From: Mobula hypostoma
Taxonomy: Eukaryota
DNA: 64,000 nt
Reading direction: 5' to 3'
Assembly: GCF_963921235.1 (NCBI RefSeq)
Contig: NC_086109.1
Location: 10,108,001 to 10,172,000 of the forward strand
The translations under genes and the position numbers were made by a program. Under the pieces are notes generated by a model. The model searched no databases and was not told the DNA's origin. It was given only the letters and a program-made list of their open reading frames with translations. Below, piece after piece: positions 38,101-50,800 of the stretch. Within the stretch, counting starts at the first letter, position 1, and every line of letters begins with the position of its first letter.

Positions 38101-38225
38101 CTTAGCCCTTTTTAATGCTTGCCCTGGATTTGTCGGCCTGCCACTTTTACTTTTCCCCTTTGTACTTTTTGCTTCTACGCTCACTTTACACCCCTCTGTC
38201 TCTCTGCACTGGTTCCCATCCCTCT
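35183..38225 (-). mobile_element. 5'-truncated young CR1, family A
   Basis: (TTTCTATG)n tail, very similar to 9655-12720, lacks ORF1 and 5' UTR. Confidence 0.95.
35281..38184 (-). CDS. CR1 ORF2, uninterrupted APE endonuclease-reverse transcriptase frame (967 aa)
   Basis: All EN (NARS, ETW, GDFN, SDH) and RT (QHGF, PQGSVLGP, FADD) motifs in one frame. First in-frame ATG lies inside the EN domain. Confidence 0.92.
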   Translation of the reverse strand: MSVEAKSTKGKSKSGRPTNPGQALKRAKRVVKECLKALCVNARSIRNKVDELKVQIVINDYDIVGITETWLQGDQGWELNVQGYSIFRRDRHEGRGGGVALLVKKEINAIERKDISREDVESIWVELRNTKGQKTLVGVVYRPPNSSSEVGDGIKQEIRNVCNKGTAVIMGDFNLHVDWVNQIGKGAEEEDFLECMRDGFLNQHVEEPTREQAILDWVLRNEEGLISDLVVRGPLGKSDHNMVEFFINMESDVVNSETKVLNLKRGNFEGMRHELAKIDWQMTLQGLTVDMQWQAFKGCMDELQQLFIPVWQKNKSRKVVHPWLTREIRDSINSKEVAYKLARESGSPEDWEKFRVQQRRTKGLIRKGKKDYERKLAENIKTDCKSFYRYVKRKRLIKTNVGPLQTETGELIMGSKDMADQLNNYFGSVFTKEDINNLPAIVRDRGSSEMEELSEIHVSREVVLGKLKGLKADKSPGPDGLHPRVLKEVAQEIVDALVIIFQNSLDSGLVPEDWRVANVTPLFKKGGREKPGNYRPVSLTSVVGKLLESVIKDVITAHLESGEMIGQSQHGFVKGKSCLTNLIEFFEDVTSRVDRGEPVDVVYLDFQKAFDKVPHRRLVCKLKAHGIGGKVLVWVENWLADRKQRVGINGTFSEWQAVTSGVPQGSVLGPQLFTIYINDLDEGIKCSISKFADDTKLGGSVSSEEDAKRMQGDLDRLGEWANSWQMQFNVDKCEVIHFGGKNRKTDYYLNGGRLGKGEVQRDLGVIIHQSLKVGMQVQQAVKKANGMLAFIARGFEYRSREVLLQLYKALVRPHLEYCVQFWSPNLRKDIFAIEGVQRRFTRLIPGMAGLSYEERLDELGLYSLEFRRLRGDLIETYKILKGLDRLDAGRLFPMLGRSRTRGHSLRIEGKPFRTEVRKNFFTQRVVNLWNSLPQQTVEASSLAMFKRKLDMALVATGVRGYGGKAGF

Positions 38226-41059
38226 GTTCTCAATGGTGGGCAATTGAGTGCCGATAATCCGCTGGGCAGTTTTCACCACACACTAGAGTGCTTTGCGGTC
38301 TGATAGGGAACAATTGCCATACCACACTGAGATGCAGTTGGTGAGTATGCTCTCAATGGTACAGCGGTAAAAGTCCATCAGTATCCTGGGACAGAGGTGA
38401 GCTTTCTTCATACTCCGCAGGAAATAAAGGCACTGTTGCACCTTTTTGATCAGGATGGAGGAGTTCAGGGACCAGGTGAGATCCTCGGAAATGCAGACAC
38501 CAAGGAATTTGTAGCTTGATACATGCTCCACTGCTGTTCTGTATAACGTATAACATGAAAAGCAGTGGTCCCAATACTGACCCCTGCGAAACACCACGAA
38601 TAACGGACTGCCGACCAGAATAGGCCCCTTTTATTCCGGCTCTTTGTCTCCTGCCAATCAACTGATTTTTTGTCATTACTAGTATCTTTCCTGTAATAGT
38701 ATAGGCTCTTATCTTGTTAAGCAACCTCATGTGCGGCTCCTTGTCAAAAGCCATCTGAAAATCCAAGTAAACAACATCCACTGATTCTCCTTTGTGTATC
38801 CTGCCTGTTACTTCCTTCAAGAATTCCCACAGATTTGCCAGGCTAGAACAGGCTACCACGCCAACTTTAGCCTACATTATTATATGCCTCCAAGTACCCC
38901 AAAACCTCCTCCTTAATAATGGACTCCAACTTCTTCCTAATCACTGAAGTCAGGTTAACTGGCCTATAATTTCCTTTCTTCTTCCTCCTTCCTTTCTTAA
39001 AGAGTGAAGTGATATTTGCAATTTTCCAGTCTTCCGGAACAATTCTGGAATCTAGGAATTCTTAAAAGATCATTACTAATGTCTCTACAATCTCTTCACT
39101 CCCAATTTATAAGATAGTCTACACCTTTATTCTTTCTACCAAAGTGCATGAGCATACACTTCCCTGTACAGTATCCCACACACCACTTCATTTAAACAAC
39201 AATCACAAGAAAGACATAAACTAAAGTCTATGTTCTTTCTTGTAAATATTATTTAAACAAAACAAAGCCTATTTTACTGAAAAGCTGGATGATTTAAAAC
39301 ATTTTTCATTTTTGTGGTAGACCGGAAGAGTCTGTTCCCATCTATATGGGGATTAATAAAGTTTATCCATAGCTCCATGACATTTGCTCTGAACCCTTCT
39401 CATCAGAACACTCTGTCCAGCAGTATTTGTACCATCTTGCTGATGTTCATTCTTAATTAGAAGTAATTTTTGTCTTGTGCTGTATTGCTGCTGCAAAACC
39501 AAAAACTTCACAATCTACGACAATGATGACAAACCCTGCCCAAAAGGCCAAGTCTTGAGTCTTGGGCAAGATTTAATCATCGTGGTTTGTGGATTGTGCT
39601 CTGCAGTTCATGTTATATGTGTTTCTGGTTTTTATTGCTATTTTGATCCAACGTACTAGCCCCGAGGCCTGCAGCCAATGAATGGCACGGCACTAAATTG
39701 AACTGAACATTCTCAGACTGTTTTAACGACTCAGTGGTTTGATGTATATTCTGCATGTTTTTGCTCACTTTTTTGACGTTTGCACAATTTGTTCTTTTTT
39801 TTTACGCGTTGGATTATTTGATGGTTTCTTTGAACAGGTTACATAGTGTTTCTTTGCTTCATGGCTATCTGCCGGTCTCTGGGCTGTATACTGCTTACAT
39901 ACTTCGGCAATAAAGATACTTTGAATCTTTGTTACTGATGTCAGTGAAGCCACGGGTACGTCCTGTCAACCGTATCAAATGATGTAAACCCTTCCTTCCA
40001 CCTAGTCTCCATGTTTATTAATAAAGCAAATGTAGGGAGGCTAGGTTGGACAAAATCCAGAGCAGCTCTAATTCCTACTGAGAACTGAATTGGTCTTTGT
40101 GTGTTTGCTCTCACAAATATACTGCGTTCCGACTTGTGATTGTTGACATTGCATTATATTTAATACAAGTAAATGACTTGTTTCTGCAAATTCCTATGTG
40201 ATACAAATAGTCAAAATTATATTTGTGTTCAGCTTCAAGAAGTCTATCATAAAGAAAAAGAAATCTTTGGAAAAGCTTTCAAAAAATGTGTTGCCCAGTG
40301 TAATGGCTTTACAGCTAGTGAATTACAAATTGTGCAGATTTACCAGCACTTAATTTTCACTTGTAGAAGTTTATCATTGATCATTAACTCATAAAATTTA
40401 AGTATAAAGTAATAACACAGCATTATGCAATGTTGTGTAATTACTACTCTGTAACATGCAGACTTAGAGGGAAAAGAACTTTGAGAATGACTATATATTT
40501 GAAAATGAATTTCTGGCCAACTTTTTGTTTTTATTCAGTGAAGACTTAATCTTCCCACCACCACTTAGTCTGCCTTAAGTGTCATCCAAAACCAAATAGT
40601 TGACAAGTTTAGTAAGTGATAAACTTTCCCTTCATTTGCCTGTGCAGTTTATTCCCAAGAAGCATCCATCATTAAGTTTGTCCTTCACCCAGGACATGCC
40701 CTCTTCTCATTACTACCATCATGAAGGAGGTACAGGAGCCTGAATACAGACACTCAACATTTCAGGAACAACTTCTTGCCCTCTGCCATTAGATTTTTAA
40801 TGGACATTGAACCTATGAACACTACCTCAGTATTTTGTACCTTCTTTTGGCAATTTATTTTTATAGATATACTTTTGTAACATAGTTTATTATTATTATG
40901 TATTCTAATGCACTATTCTGCAGAACAACAAATTTCATGACATATGCCAGTGATATTAAACCAGATTCTCATCCTGTTCTTGATCAGTAATATCTGTTCC
41001 CCGCCCTCCTCAAATATCAGCCATAACAGAATTAATTAAACACTACCCAGCTTGGGCGT

Positions 41060-43230
41060 TCAACCAGAGTGCAGAAGACAACAAAGTGTGCAAATACAAA
41101 AAGAAAGAAATAGTAACAATAAATAGATCAGCAATAAATATCAAGGACATGGGCTGAAGAGTTTTTGAAAGTGAGTCCATTAGTTGTGGGAACATGTCAA
41201 TGATGAGGGAAGTGATCTTGAGTAAAATTATCCCTTTTCTTTCAAAAGCTTGATGGTTGAGTGGTTGTAACTGCTACAGAACCCGGTAGTGTGGGTCCTG
41301 CGGCTCGTGAGCCTTCTTCCTGATGGCAGCAGCAAGAAGAGAGCATGTCCTGGGTGTTGGGGCTCCCTGATGATGGATGCTGCTTTCCTGCAATGGCATT
41401 TCATGTAGATGTGCTCAATGGTCAGGAGGGTTCTACCCATGGTGCACTGGGCTGTATCCACTACTTGTTGTAGGATTTTCCATTCAAGGGCATTGGTGTT
41501 TCCATACCAGGCCATGATGCAACCAGTCAATATACTCCCCACTATGCATCTATAGAAGTTTGTCAAAGTTTTAGATGTCACGCTGAATCTCCGCAAACTC
41601 CTAAGGAAGTAGAGACGCTGCCATGCTTTCTTCATAATTACTGGGCCCAGGAAAGGTCCTCTGAAATAGTAACATCTAAGAATTTAGAGTTGCTAAAACT
41701 CTGCTCCTCTGATCATCTGATGAGGATTGGCTCTTGGACCTCTGGGTTCCCTCTCCTGAAGACTGTAATCAGTTCCTTGGACTTGCTGACATTGACTAAG
41801 AGGTTGTTGTTATGACATCACTCAGCCAGATTTTCAATCTCCCTCCTGTATGCTGGTTCATCATCACTTTTGATTTGGCCCATGACAGAGGCTTTTTCCT
41901 CAGGGCTGAAATGGATAACACAAGGGAGCAGAGTATTAAGGTGCTTAGAAGTAGGTACAGAGAGTGGTGGGTACATGGAATGCACTGCCGGTGATGGAGG
42001 TGGAGATCTTCTAAGAGACTCTTAGATAGGTATATTGAGCTTAGAAATATAGAGGGCTATGCAGGAGGGTAATTCTAGGCAGTTTCTAGAATAGGTTACA
42101 TGGTCGGCACAAGATTACAGGCCCTTCGGCCTACAATGTGCTGTAGATTTCTATGTTCTATGTTCCATGTGCATCAGCTAACTTGAGTACAGCATTGGAG
42201 CTGTGCTTAGCATACAGTCATTAGTGTAAACTGAGTAGAGCTGGTGTCCAAGCACACAGCCTTCTGATGGAGATGTTGGAGGAGATGTTGCCAATCCGAA
42301 TTGACTGATGTCTATAAATGAGAAAGTTCAGGACCATTACACAAGGAGGTATTGAGGCTAAGGTTTTCGAACTTATTGTCTTGTTTTGAGGGAATGATGG
42401 TACAGTATGGAATGCTGATGTGTAAATGATAGAGGGCATCCTGATGTACTGTATGCATCTTCGCTGTCCAGATGTTCCAGGGTTGAGTGAAGTGCCAAAG
42501 AGATGGCCTCTGTTGCGGACCTTTTGCTCTGGTCGGCAAATTGGAGCAGATCAAAGTCATCTCTCAGGCAGGAGCCAATATGTTTCATCACCAAACTCTC
42601 AAAACACTTCATCACTGTGGAGATAAGTGCGACTGGAGGATAGTCATTGAGACAGGATGGCATGCTCTTCCTGGGCACCAGTATAATTGAAGCAGGTGGG
42701 CACAACACACTGCCAAAGCGAGAGGTTAAAGATCTCAGCGAACACACCAGCCAGTTGGTCAGCACCAGTCTTTAGTACATGGCCAGGTCCCCCATCCGGT
42801 CCAGATGCTTTCTATGAAATCGCCCTCTTGAAGGTTGCATGTCAGCTTCTGAGACTGAGATCTTAGAATCATCGGAGGACGTGGGTGTTCACGATGGTCC
42901 CCCTGTGTTCTGGTGGTCAAAGTGAGCATAGAAGGCGTTGAGCTCATCTGGAAGCGAAGCCCTGTTGTCTCCTACATCGCTTGATTTTACTTTGTAAGAG
43001 GTGATAACATTCAAGCCCTACCACAGCTATCGAGCATCCCTTGTTGATTCAAGTTTGATATGGAATTTCCACTTCACCCATGAGATGGCTTTCCAGGGAT
43101 TGTGCCTGTACCTCTCGTAACTTTTTTGGTCACGAGATTTGGATGCCTCTGACGTGATTCTCAACAGGTTGCAGATCTTATAGTTCATTCAGGACTTCTC
43201 ACTGGGGAAGACTTCGAATGATTTCATGGG
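41060..43230 (-). mobile_element. Rex1/Babar element, degenerate, with a CR1 3' piece inserted at about 41885-42165
   Basis: [27 protein letters not shown] motifs and KKAWQRLYFLRSLRRF..LLPSGRR. Confidence 0.8.
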
Positions 43231-43269
43231 ACACACCCAGCTACAGCTGCTTAAATAAAGTGTGGTCTC

Positions 43270-43477
43270 TGTTGTGTATTTAATATTTCAGCAATATTGT
43301 AAATACATTGTTTGACTAAGCATTCTTTTTGCTTACATAATTATAATGGACTCTAAATAAAAGCACGTAATGAGCATACATCTTATGCCCCTCACTAAAG
43401 AAAATTTAAGTAAACATGTTATGTCTGACTCCAGTGTTTTTCTCTTGATTACTTTTCTGGAGTTACAAAATAAGACG
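43270..43477. mobile_element. Probable short solo LTR; related copy 51296-51790 in opposite orientation, containing a V-SINE
   Basis: TG start, imperfect 5-bp TSDs (GTCTC/ATCTC; GTAGC/GCAGC), shared terminal sequence TGTATTTAATA. Confidence 0.45.
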
Positions 43478-44449
43478 ATCTCTACTTGAGGTTTTCTGTT
43501 TAAGTTGCAGGGAAGCTTTTGTCAAAACTGTGTCTAACAATGTGTTGGAGGCCACAGTCCATTACACAGTAAACAGTATTAATTTATTGAGGAAATAGTC
43601 TATTTAAAGAATGGACAGACATAAATAGCAGTAACCACTCCCAATATATGCAGAGTGATTCCCCCAGAGAAATACATCGAACAAAGTGTATACGCTTACT
43701 GCCTGTTAAGCTACTGGCATTTTAAAACATTAGAACATTAGAAAGTTTTTTGATAAGAACAAGTTTGCCAATTCCTATTCACATAGTGTGTTGAAATAAC
43801 TATCGAGTTTAGATTTGTAAGTCTCTAAAGTACTACTCTCAACAACACAAAAAGGTAGTTTGTTCCATATGTCCACAACTCACTGTGCAAAGAAATGCTT
43901 TTTGATGTTAGGCTGAAATCTCACTTTAACCATTCTTCACCTATGGCCCCGTGTCCTTGATGATGGATTAATTGTGAAGTAACAGCTGGCATCCACTTTA
44001 CTTTTACCCTTAATGATTTTGAACACTTCTATCTTGCCTCCTCTCATTCTGCACCTACTTAGGCTAAAAAGATTTAATTCTTTCAACCTTTCTTCAATGC
44101 TCATACCCTGCAGACATGGAATGAGTCTAGTCACTCTTCTCTGAACTCTCTCCAGAGCCTCCACATCCCTCACACAATATGGAGACCAAAACTGTACGCA
44201 GCATTCACGGTGTGCATTATACAACTTAAGGAGAACATCTCTTAACTTGAACTCCACTGTGCACATTATATAGCGCAACATTCTATTAGCCTTCCTAATC
44301 ACTTCCGTGCATTGTCTAGATGTTGATATTGATGAGTCTAGCAGGACATCCAAATTCTTCACATATAGTGCACTTTCTAACTCAGGACCCCCCCCCCCCA
44401 GTATGTTTATATCTAATATTTCTACTTCCTATATGTAATACATACATTA

Positions 44450-47400
44450 AATGGTACAAGAGGGAAAGCAACCAGAAGTCGTGATACATGTTGGCACCAA
44501 CGACATAGGCAGGAAGAGAGATGAGGTCCTGAAGTGTGAGTTTCGGGAACTAGGCAGAAGGCTGAAGAACAGGACCTCAAGGGTGGCGTACTCAGGATTG
44601 CTGCCAGTGCTACGTGATAGTGATGGTAAGAATTGGAGGAGATGACAGTTGAATGCGTGGCTGAGGAGTTGGTTCAGGGGACAGGGTTTTAGAATTTTGG
44701 ATCATTGGGATCTCTTCTGGGGAAGGTGGGACCTGTACAGATTGGATGGGTTGCACTTGAACTCAAGGGGGAGCAATATCCTTGCAGGTAGGTTTGCTAG
44801 CATGGTTCGGGAGGGTTTAAACTAATTTGCAAGGGGGATGGGACCCAGAATGATAGAGCAGTAGAAGAAGTGCATGGAGTAAAGCCAGATCTAACATACA
44901 GAGAGGCTTTGAGGAAAGAGAAGCAGAATAAAGGGAGTAAAGATAGGAAGGTAGAAGGGCTAAAATGAGTGTACTTCAATGCAAGAAGCATCAGGAACAA
45001 AGGTGATGAACTGAGAGCTTGGATACATACATGGAATTATGTTGTAGTGGCCATTACAGACTTGGCTGGCACCAGGGCAGGAATGGATTCTCAATATTCC
45101 TGGATTTCAGTGCTTTAAAAAGGATAGAGAAGGGGAGAAGGGGAGGAGGAGTGGCATTACTGGTCAGGGATACTATTACAGCTACAGAAAGGGTGGGTAA
45201 TGTAGCAGGATCCTCTTTTGAGTCAGTATGGGTGGAAGTCAGGAACAGGAAGGGAGCAGTTACTTATTGGGAGTATTCTATAGGCCCCCTGGTAGCAGCA
45301 GAGATACCGAGGAGCAGATTGGGAGGCAGATTTTGGAAAGGTGCAAATATAACAGGGTTGTTATCATGGGTGACTTTAACTTCCCTAATATTGATTGGCA
45401 CCTGATTAGTTCCAAGGGTTTGGACAGGGAAGAGTTTGTTAAGTGTGTCCAGGACAGATTCCTGTCACAGTATGTGGACAGGCCAACTGGGGAAATACCA
45501 TACTAGATCTCGTATTAGGTAACAAACCGGGTCAGGTCATAGATCTCTCAGTGGGTAAGCATCTGGGGGACAGTGACCACCGCTCCCTGGCCTTCAGCAT
45601 TATCATTGAAAATGATAGAATCAGAGAGAACAGGAATTTTTTTAATTGGGAAAGGGCAAATTATGAGGCTATAAGGCTAGAACTTGCGGGTGTGAATTGG
45701 GATGATGTTTTTGCAGGGATATGTACTATGGACATGTGGTCGATATTCAGAGATCTGTTTCAGGATGTTAGGGATAAATTTGTCCCAGTGAGGAAGATAA
45801 AGAATGGTAGGGTGAAGGAACCATGGGTGGCAAGTGAGGTGGAAAATCTAGTCAGGTGGAAGAAGGCAGCATACATGAGGTTTAGGAAGCAAGGATCAGA
45901 TGGGTCTATTGAGGAATATAGGGAAGCAAGAAAGGAGCTTAAGAAGGGGCTGAGAAGAGCAAGAAGGGGGCATGAGAAGCCCTTGGTGAGTAGGGTAAAG
46001 GAAAACCCCAAGGCATTCTTCAATTATGTGAAGAACAAAAGGATGACAGGAGTGAAGGTAGGACAAGTTAGAGATAAAGCTGAGAAGATGTGCCTGGAGG
46101 CTGTGGAAGTGAATGAGGTCCACAATGAATACTTCTCTTCGGTATTCACCAATGAGAGGGAACTTGATGATGGTGAGGACAATATGAGTGAGGTTGATGT
46201 TCTGGAGTATGTTGATATTAAGGGAGAGGAGGTGTTGGAGTTGTTAAAATACATCAGGATGGATAAGTCCCAAGACCCTGACAGAATATTCCCCAGGCTG
46301 CTCCACGAGGCAAGGGAAGAGATTACTGGCTAGGATCTTTATGTTCTCGTTGTCTACGGGAATGATACCAGAGGATTGGAGGGAGGCGAATGTTGTCCCC
46401 TTGTTCAAAAAAGGTAGTAGGGATAGTCCAGGTAATTATAGACCAGTGAGCCTTAAGTCTGTGGTGGGAAAGCTGTTGGAAAAGATTCTTAGAGATAGGA
46501 TCTATTGGCATTTAGAGAATCATAGTCTGATCATGGACAGTCAGCATGGCTTTGTGAAGGGCAGATCGTGTCGAACAAGCCTGATAGAGTTCTTTGAGGA
46601 GGTGACCAGGCATATAAATGAGGTTAGTGCAGTGGATATGATCTATATGGATTTTAGTAAGGCATTTGACAAGGTTCCACATGGTAGGCTTATTCAGAAA
46701 GTCAGAAGGCATGGGATCCAGGGAGGTTTGGCCAGGTGGATTCAGAATTGGCTTGCCTGCAGAAGGCAGAGGGTGTTGGTGGAGGGAGTACATTCAGATT
46801 GGAGGGTTGTGACTAGTGGTGTCCCACAAGGATCAGCTCTGGGACCTCTACTTTTCGTGATTTTTATTAACGACCTGGATGTGGGGGTAGAAGGGTGGGC
46901 TGGCAAGTTTGCAGATGACACAAAGGTTGGTGGTGTTGTAGATAGTGTAGAGGATTGTCGAAGATTGTAGAGAGACATTGATAGGTTGTAGAAGTGGGCT
47001 GAGAAGTGGCAGATGGAGTTCAACCTGGAAAAGTGTGAGGTGGTACACTTTGGAAGGATAAACTCCAAGGCAGAGTACAAAGTAAATGGCAGAATACTTG
47101 GTAGTGTGGAGGAGCAGAGGGATCTGGGGGTACATGTCCACAGATCCCTGAAAGTTGCCTCACAGGTAGATAGGGTAGTTAAGAAAGCTTATGGGATGTT
47201 AGCTTTCATAAGTCGAGGGATAGAGTTTAAGAGTCGCGAGGTAATGATGCAGCTCTATAAAACTCTGGTTAGGTCACACTTGGAGTACTGTGTCCAGTTC
47301 TGGTCGCCTCACTACAGGAAGGATGTGGAAGCATTGGAAAGGGTACAGAGGAGATTTATCAGGATGCTGCCTGGTTTAAAGAGTATGAATTATGATCAGA

Positions 47401-47800
47401 GATTAAGGGAGCTAGGGCTTTACTATTTGGAGAGAAGGAGGATGAGAGGAGACATGATAGAGGTATACAAGATATTAAGAAGAATAGAGTGGATAGCCAG
47501 TGCCTCTTCCCCAGGGCACCACTGCTCAATACAAAGGGACATGGCTTTAAGGCAAGGGGTGGGAAGTTCAAGGGGGATATTAGAGGAAGGTATTGTACTC
47601 AGAGAGTGGTTGGTGTGTGGAATACACTGCCTGAGTCAGTGGTGGAGGCAGATACACTAGTGAAATTTAAGAGACTACTAGACAGGTATATGGAGGAATT
47701 TAAGGTGGGGGGTTATATGGGAGGCAGGGTTTGAGGGTTGGCACAACAAGGTGGGCTGAAGGGCCTGTATTGCGCTGTACTATTCTATGTTCTATGTTCT
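44450..47800 (+). mobile_element. CR1 family B, truncated within ORF1, ORF2 disrupted
   Basis: ORF1 esterase C-half (HVGTND..DGLHLN), ORF2 pieces 45019-47660, (TTCTATG)n tail. Confidence 0.92.
44816..44822 (+). other. Candidate -1 frameshift slippery site T_TTA_AAC (CR1-B)
   Basis: ORF1 ends GGT TTA AAC TAA. The -1 frame runs into VYFNARSIRNK, apart from one likely decay stop. Confidence 0.65.
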
Positions 47801-50800
47801 ACGTAAATTTCATTTGCCATTTATCTGCCCACATCTGGATTTTGTTTAGATCTAACTGTATTGATTCTGCTGCCTGAATGTTATCAGTCCATCCTCCTAA
47901 TTTTGTGTCATTGGCAAACTTTACTGGTTTATTTGTTATGTGCTTATCCAAATCATTAATGTAAATTTAAAACAGCAGTGGCCCCAAAACTGATCCCTGA
48001 GGAACCTCACTTTTAACATCTTCTAGGTATGAAAATTGTGCTCTCACCATAACTTTGTTTTCTGTTTTTCAGCCAATTCTGCACCCGTTCGCACACCTTG
48101 TCCTGAATCTCCGCTTCCTGTAATTTGATTATTAATCTCTCGTTGGGTACCTCTCAAGAGCCTTCTGAAAGTCCAAGTAAATGATATCAGCCACTCTACT
48201 GTTATCATAAATTTTAGTTGCTTCTTCATCGAACTCCAGCATATTAGTAAAACATGATTTCGCCTTTCTGTACCCTTGCTGGCTTTCTGCTAACGTGCTT
48301 GTTCTTATCAGCTGCTTTTCCATCTCATTCTTCATTATTGTTTCCATTATCTTGCCTGGGATACGCGTTAAGCTTACTGGTCTATTGTTACCAGGGTCAG
48401 AGCAGTCACCTTTCTTATATACTGGGACAGCGTTAACCCATTTCCAGTCCTTAGGGATTTCATCAGTCTTCAATGACTTTGTAAAAATACATTTTAGGGG
48501 TTTGTATATATAATCACAGACCTCTTTATGTACCCTTGGATATATGTTGTCTGGTCCTGGAGATTATTAACTTTCAGCCTTCTCAGCTGAAGCAGGGTCT
48601 TACTTTCTGAGATCTCTAAGTCATTTATTTTTCACTACACTTACTGGCATATTGCTAACATCTTCGCAGGAAAACACTTCAGTAAAATATGAGGAAAGTG
48701 TCCATTATGTTTTTCTCTGTATAACTTAACAACCTAATATTATTCCTAATATACTTATCTCCCTCCTTGCTCTTTTTTACTACTAAAGTATTGAAAAAAA
48801 TCTCTTGGGGTCAGTCTTAGTATTGTCAGCAATATCCTTCTCAATCTGCCTTTTGGCAATCTGAGCTTCCCTCTTGACTAAAGCTCTCATATTTTCCTAT
48901 GCCTTACGGTTAACATCATTACTATTTTTTCCATATTCTTTATATAGCTGCCTTTTCTTTAATAAATTTTTGTGTAAATCTTTTCTCATCCATGTAGTTG
49001 ATCTGTTGTTTTTATTGCTTCTCCTGACCTTGGGTATGAACATTCCCCGCACTGTATGTATTACCTCTTTAAACCGACCCCATTGTTCCTCAACTGACTC
49101 AACATCAAGCAGTTCCTTCCAGTTCACCTTCTGAAGTCTTTGCTGCATCTGCACAAACTTTGCCTTTCTGAAATTCAACTTAATCACGGTGGTTTTTACC
49201 GAGATACTCTCCCAAAAACCTTCAGGACCAACAATGTTATGATCATGTGTTCCTAAAGGCTCAACAGCTTCCATACTCAAAATTCTATCCTGATTGTTAC
49301 AGAATATCAGATCTAGACAGGCCACCCCTCTTGTTGGTGCCTTAACATGCTGGGTCAAAAATACAACTCAATGAATTCACTTTCTTGTAATCCATTAGTC
49401 ACTAGGTTTGCAATTCAATATTTGAGAATTAAAGTTACCCATAACTATAATATCACCTTCAGAACTTGCTTTTTTAATATTCTGATAGAGTTGTTTATTA
49501 AAATCACTATCAGCATTAGAAGGTCTCTAAACATACACCCAATGTTATTCCTTTATCCTCATAGCTTTCAGTTCTCACCCAGGTATCTTCACTAGCTCCC
49601 GATTCATCTCCTATCATAAACAGCCTCACATTTAAATTCTCTTGTATGTATATGGCTACTGCCCCACCTTTACGATCTTGCCTATCTTTCCTATGCAAAT
49701 ATAATTCCAGCTCATTTATTTTATTCTTAATATGTTTTGCATTTATACATTCAGGGCAGCAATAGTTATAGTCATACTTTATTGATCCCGGGAGAAATTG
49801 GTTTTCATTACAGTTGCACCATAAATAATTAAATAGTAATATGTAAATTATGCCAGAAAATAAGTCCAGGACCAGCCTATTGGCTCAGGGTGTCTGACCC
49901 TCCAAGGGAGGAGTTGTAAAGTTTGATGGCCACAGGCAGGAATGACTTCCTATGACACTCTGTGTTGCATCTCGGTGGAATGAGTCTCTGGCTGAATGTA
50001 CTCCTGTGCCCACCCAGTACATTATGTAGTGGATGGGAGACATTGTCCAAGATGGCATGCAACTTGGACAGCATCCTCTTTTCAGACACCACCGTCAGAG
50101 AGTCCAGTTCCATCCCCACAACATCACTGGCCTTACGGATGAAGCTCCTCCAACCCTTGTGATGCTCAGGGTTTCCTTCATCATGTCAGTAGCTTCCTCT
50201 CAGTTTTCTCTACTGTCACTCATGCAAGTCCCAGGTGGAGACTCAGAAACACCACACCTGGAGTATTGTGTACAGTTTTGGTCTCCAAATTTGAGGAAGG
50301 ACATTCTAGCTATTGAGGGAGTGCAGCATAGGTTCACGAGGTTAATTCCCGGGATGGCGGGACTGCCATATGTTGAAAGATTAGAGCGACTGGGGTTGTA
50401 TACACTGGAATTTAGAAGGATGAGAGGGGATCTGATTGAAACATATAAGATTATTAAGGGATTGGGCACGCTAGAGGCAGGAAACATGTTCCCAATGTTG
50501 GGGGTTCCAGAACCAGAGGCCACAGTTTCAGAATAATGGGTAGACCATTTAGAACGGAGTTGAGGAAAACCTTTTTCACACACAGGGTTGTGGATCTGTG
50601 GAATGCCCTGCCCCAGAAGGCAGTGGAGGCCAATTCTCTGGATTCTTTCAAGAAAGAGTTAGATAGAGCTCTTAAAGATAGCAGAGTCAAGGGATAAGGG
50701 GAGAAGGCAGGAAAATGGTACTGATTGTAGATGATCAGCCATGATGACAGTGAATGGCGGTGCTGGCTCGAAGGGCTGAATGGCCTACTCCTGCACCTAT

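Larger units (their letters stand above)
34806..38545 (-). mobile_element. Rex1/Babar 3' fragment split by a young CR1 (pieces 34806-35182 and 38226-38545)
   Basis: YKFLGVCISEDLTWS..FYRCTIESILTNCISVWYG, then IIRDASHPNHGLFTLLPSGRRYRS. Sequence is contiguous across the CR1. Confidence 0.85.
34358..39170 (-). mobile_element. Old CR1 RT fragment, host of nested insertions (pieces 34358-34805 and 38549-39170)
   Basis: GSVLGPLLFMLY (about 38550-38590) continues as VNDLDD..KFADD (about 34805-34750). Confidence 0.75.
43725..49750 (-). mobile_element. Old AT-rich CR1-clade element split by CR1-B (pieces 43725-44449 and 47801-49750)
   Basis: EN remnants (HRKDRQDRKGGAVAIY, PTRGVACLDL), RT remnants (NRPVSLT, YLDFQKA), (TCTAATGT)n tail. 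Confidence 0.8.

Noticed and set aside
38283..38597. ORF joining CR1-derived and Rex1-derived sequence
   Set aside because: Chance read-through across a nested insertion junction, not a chimeric gene.
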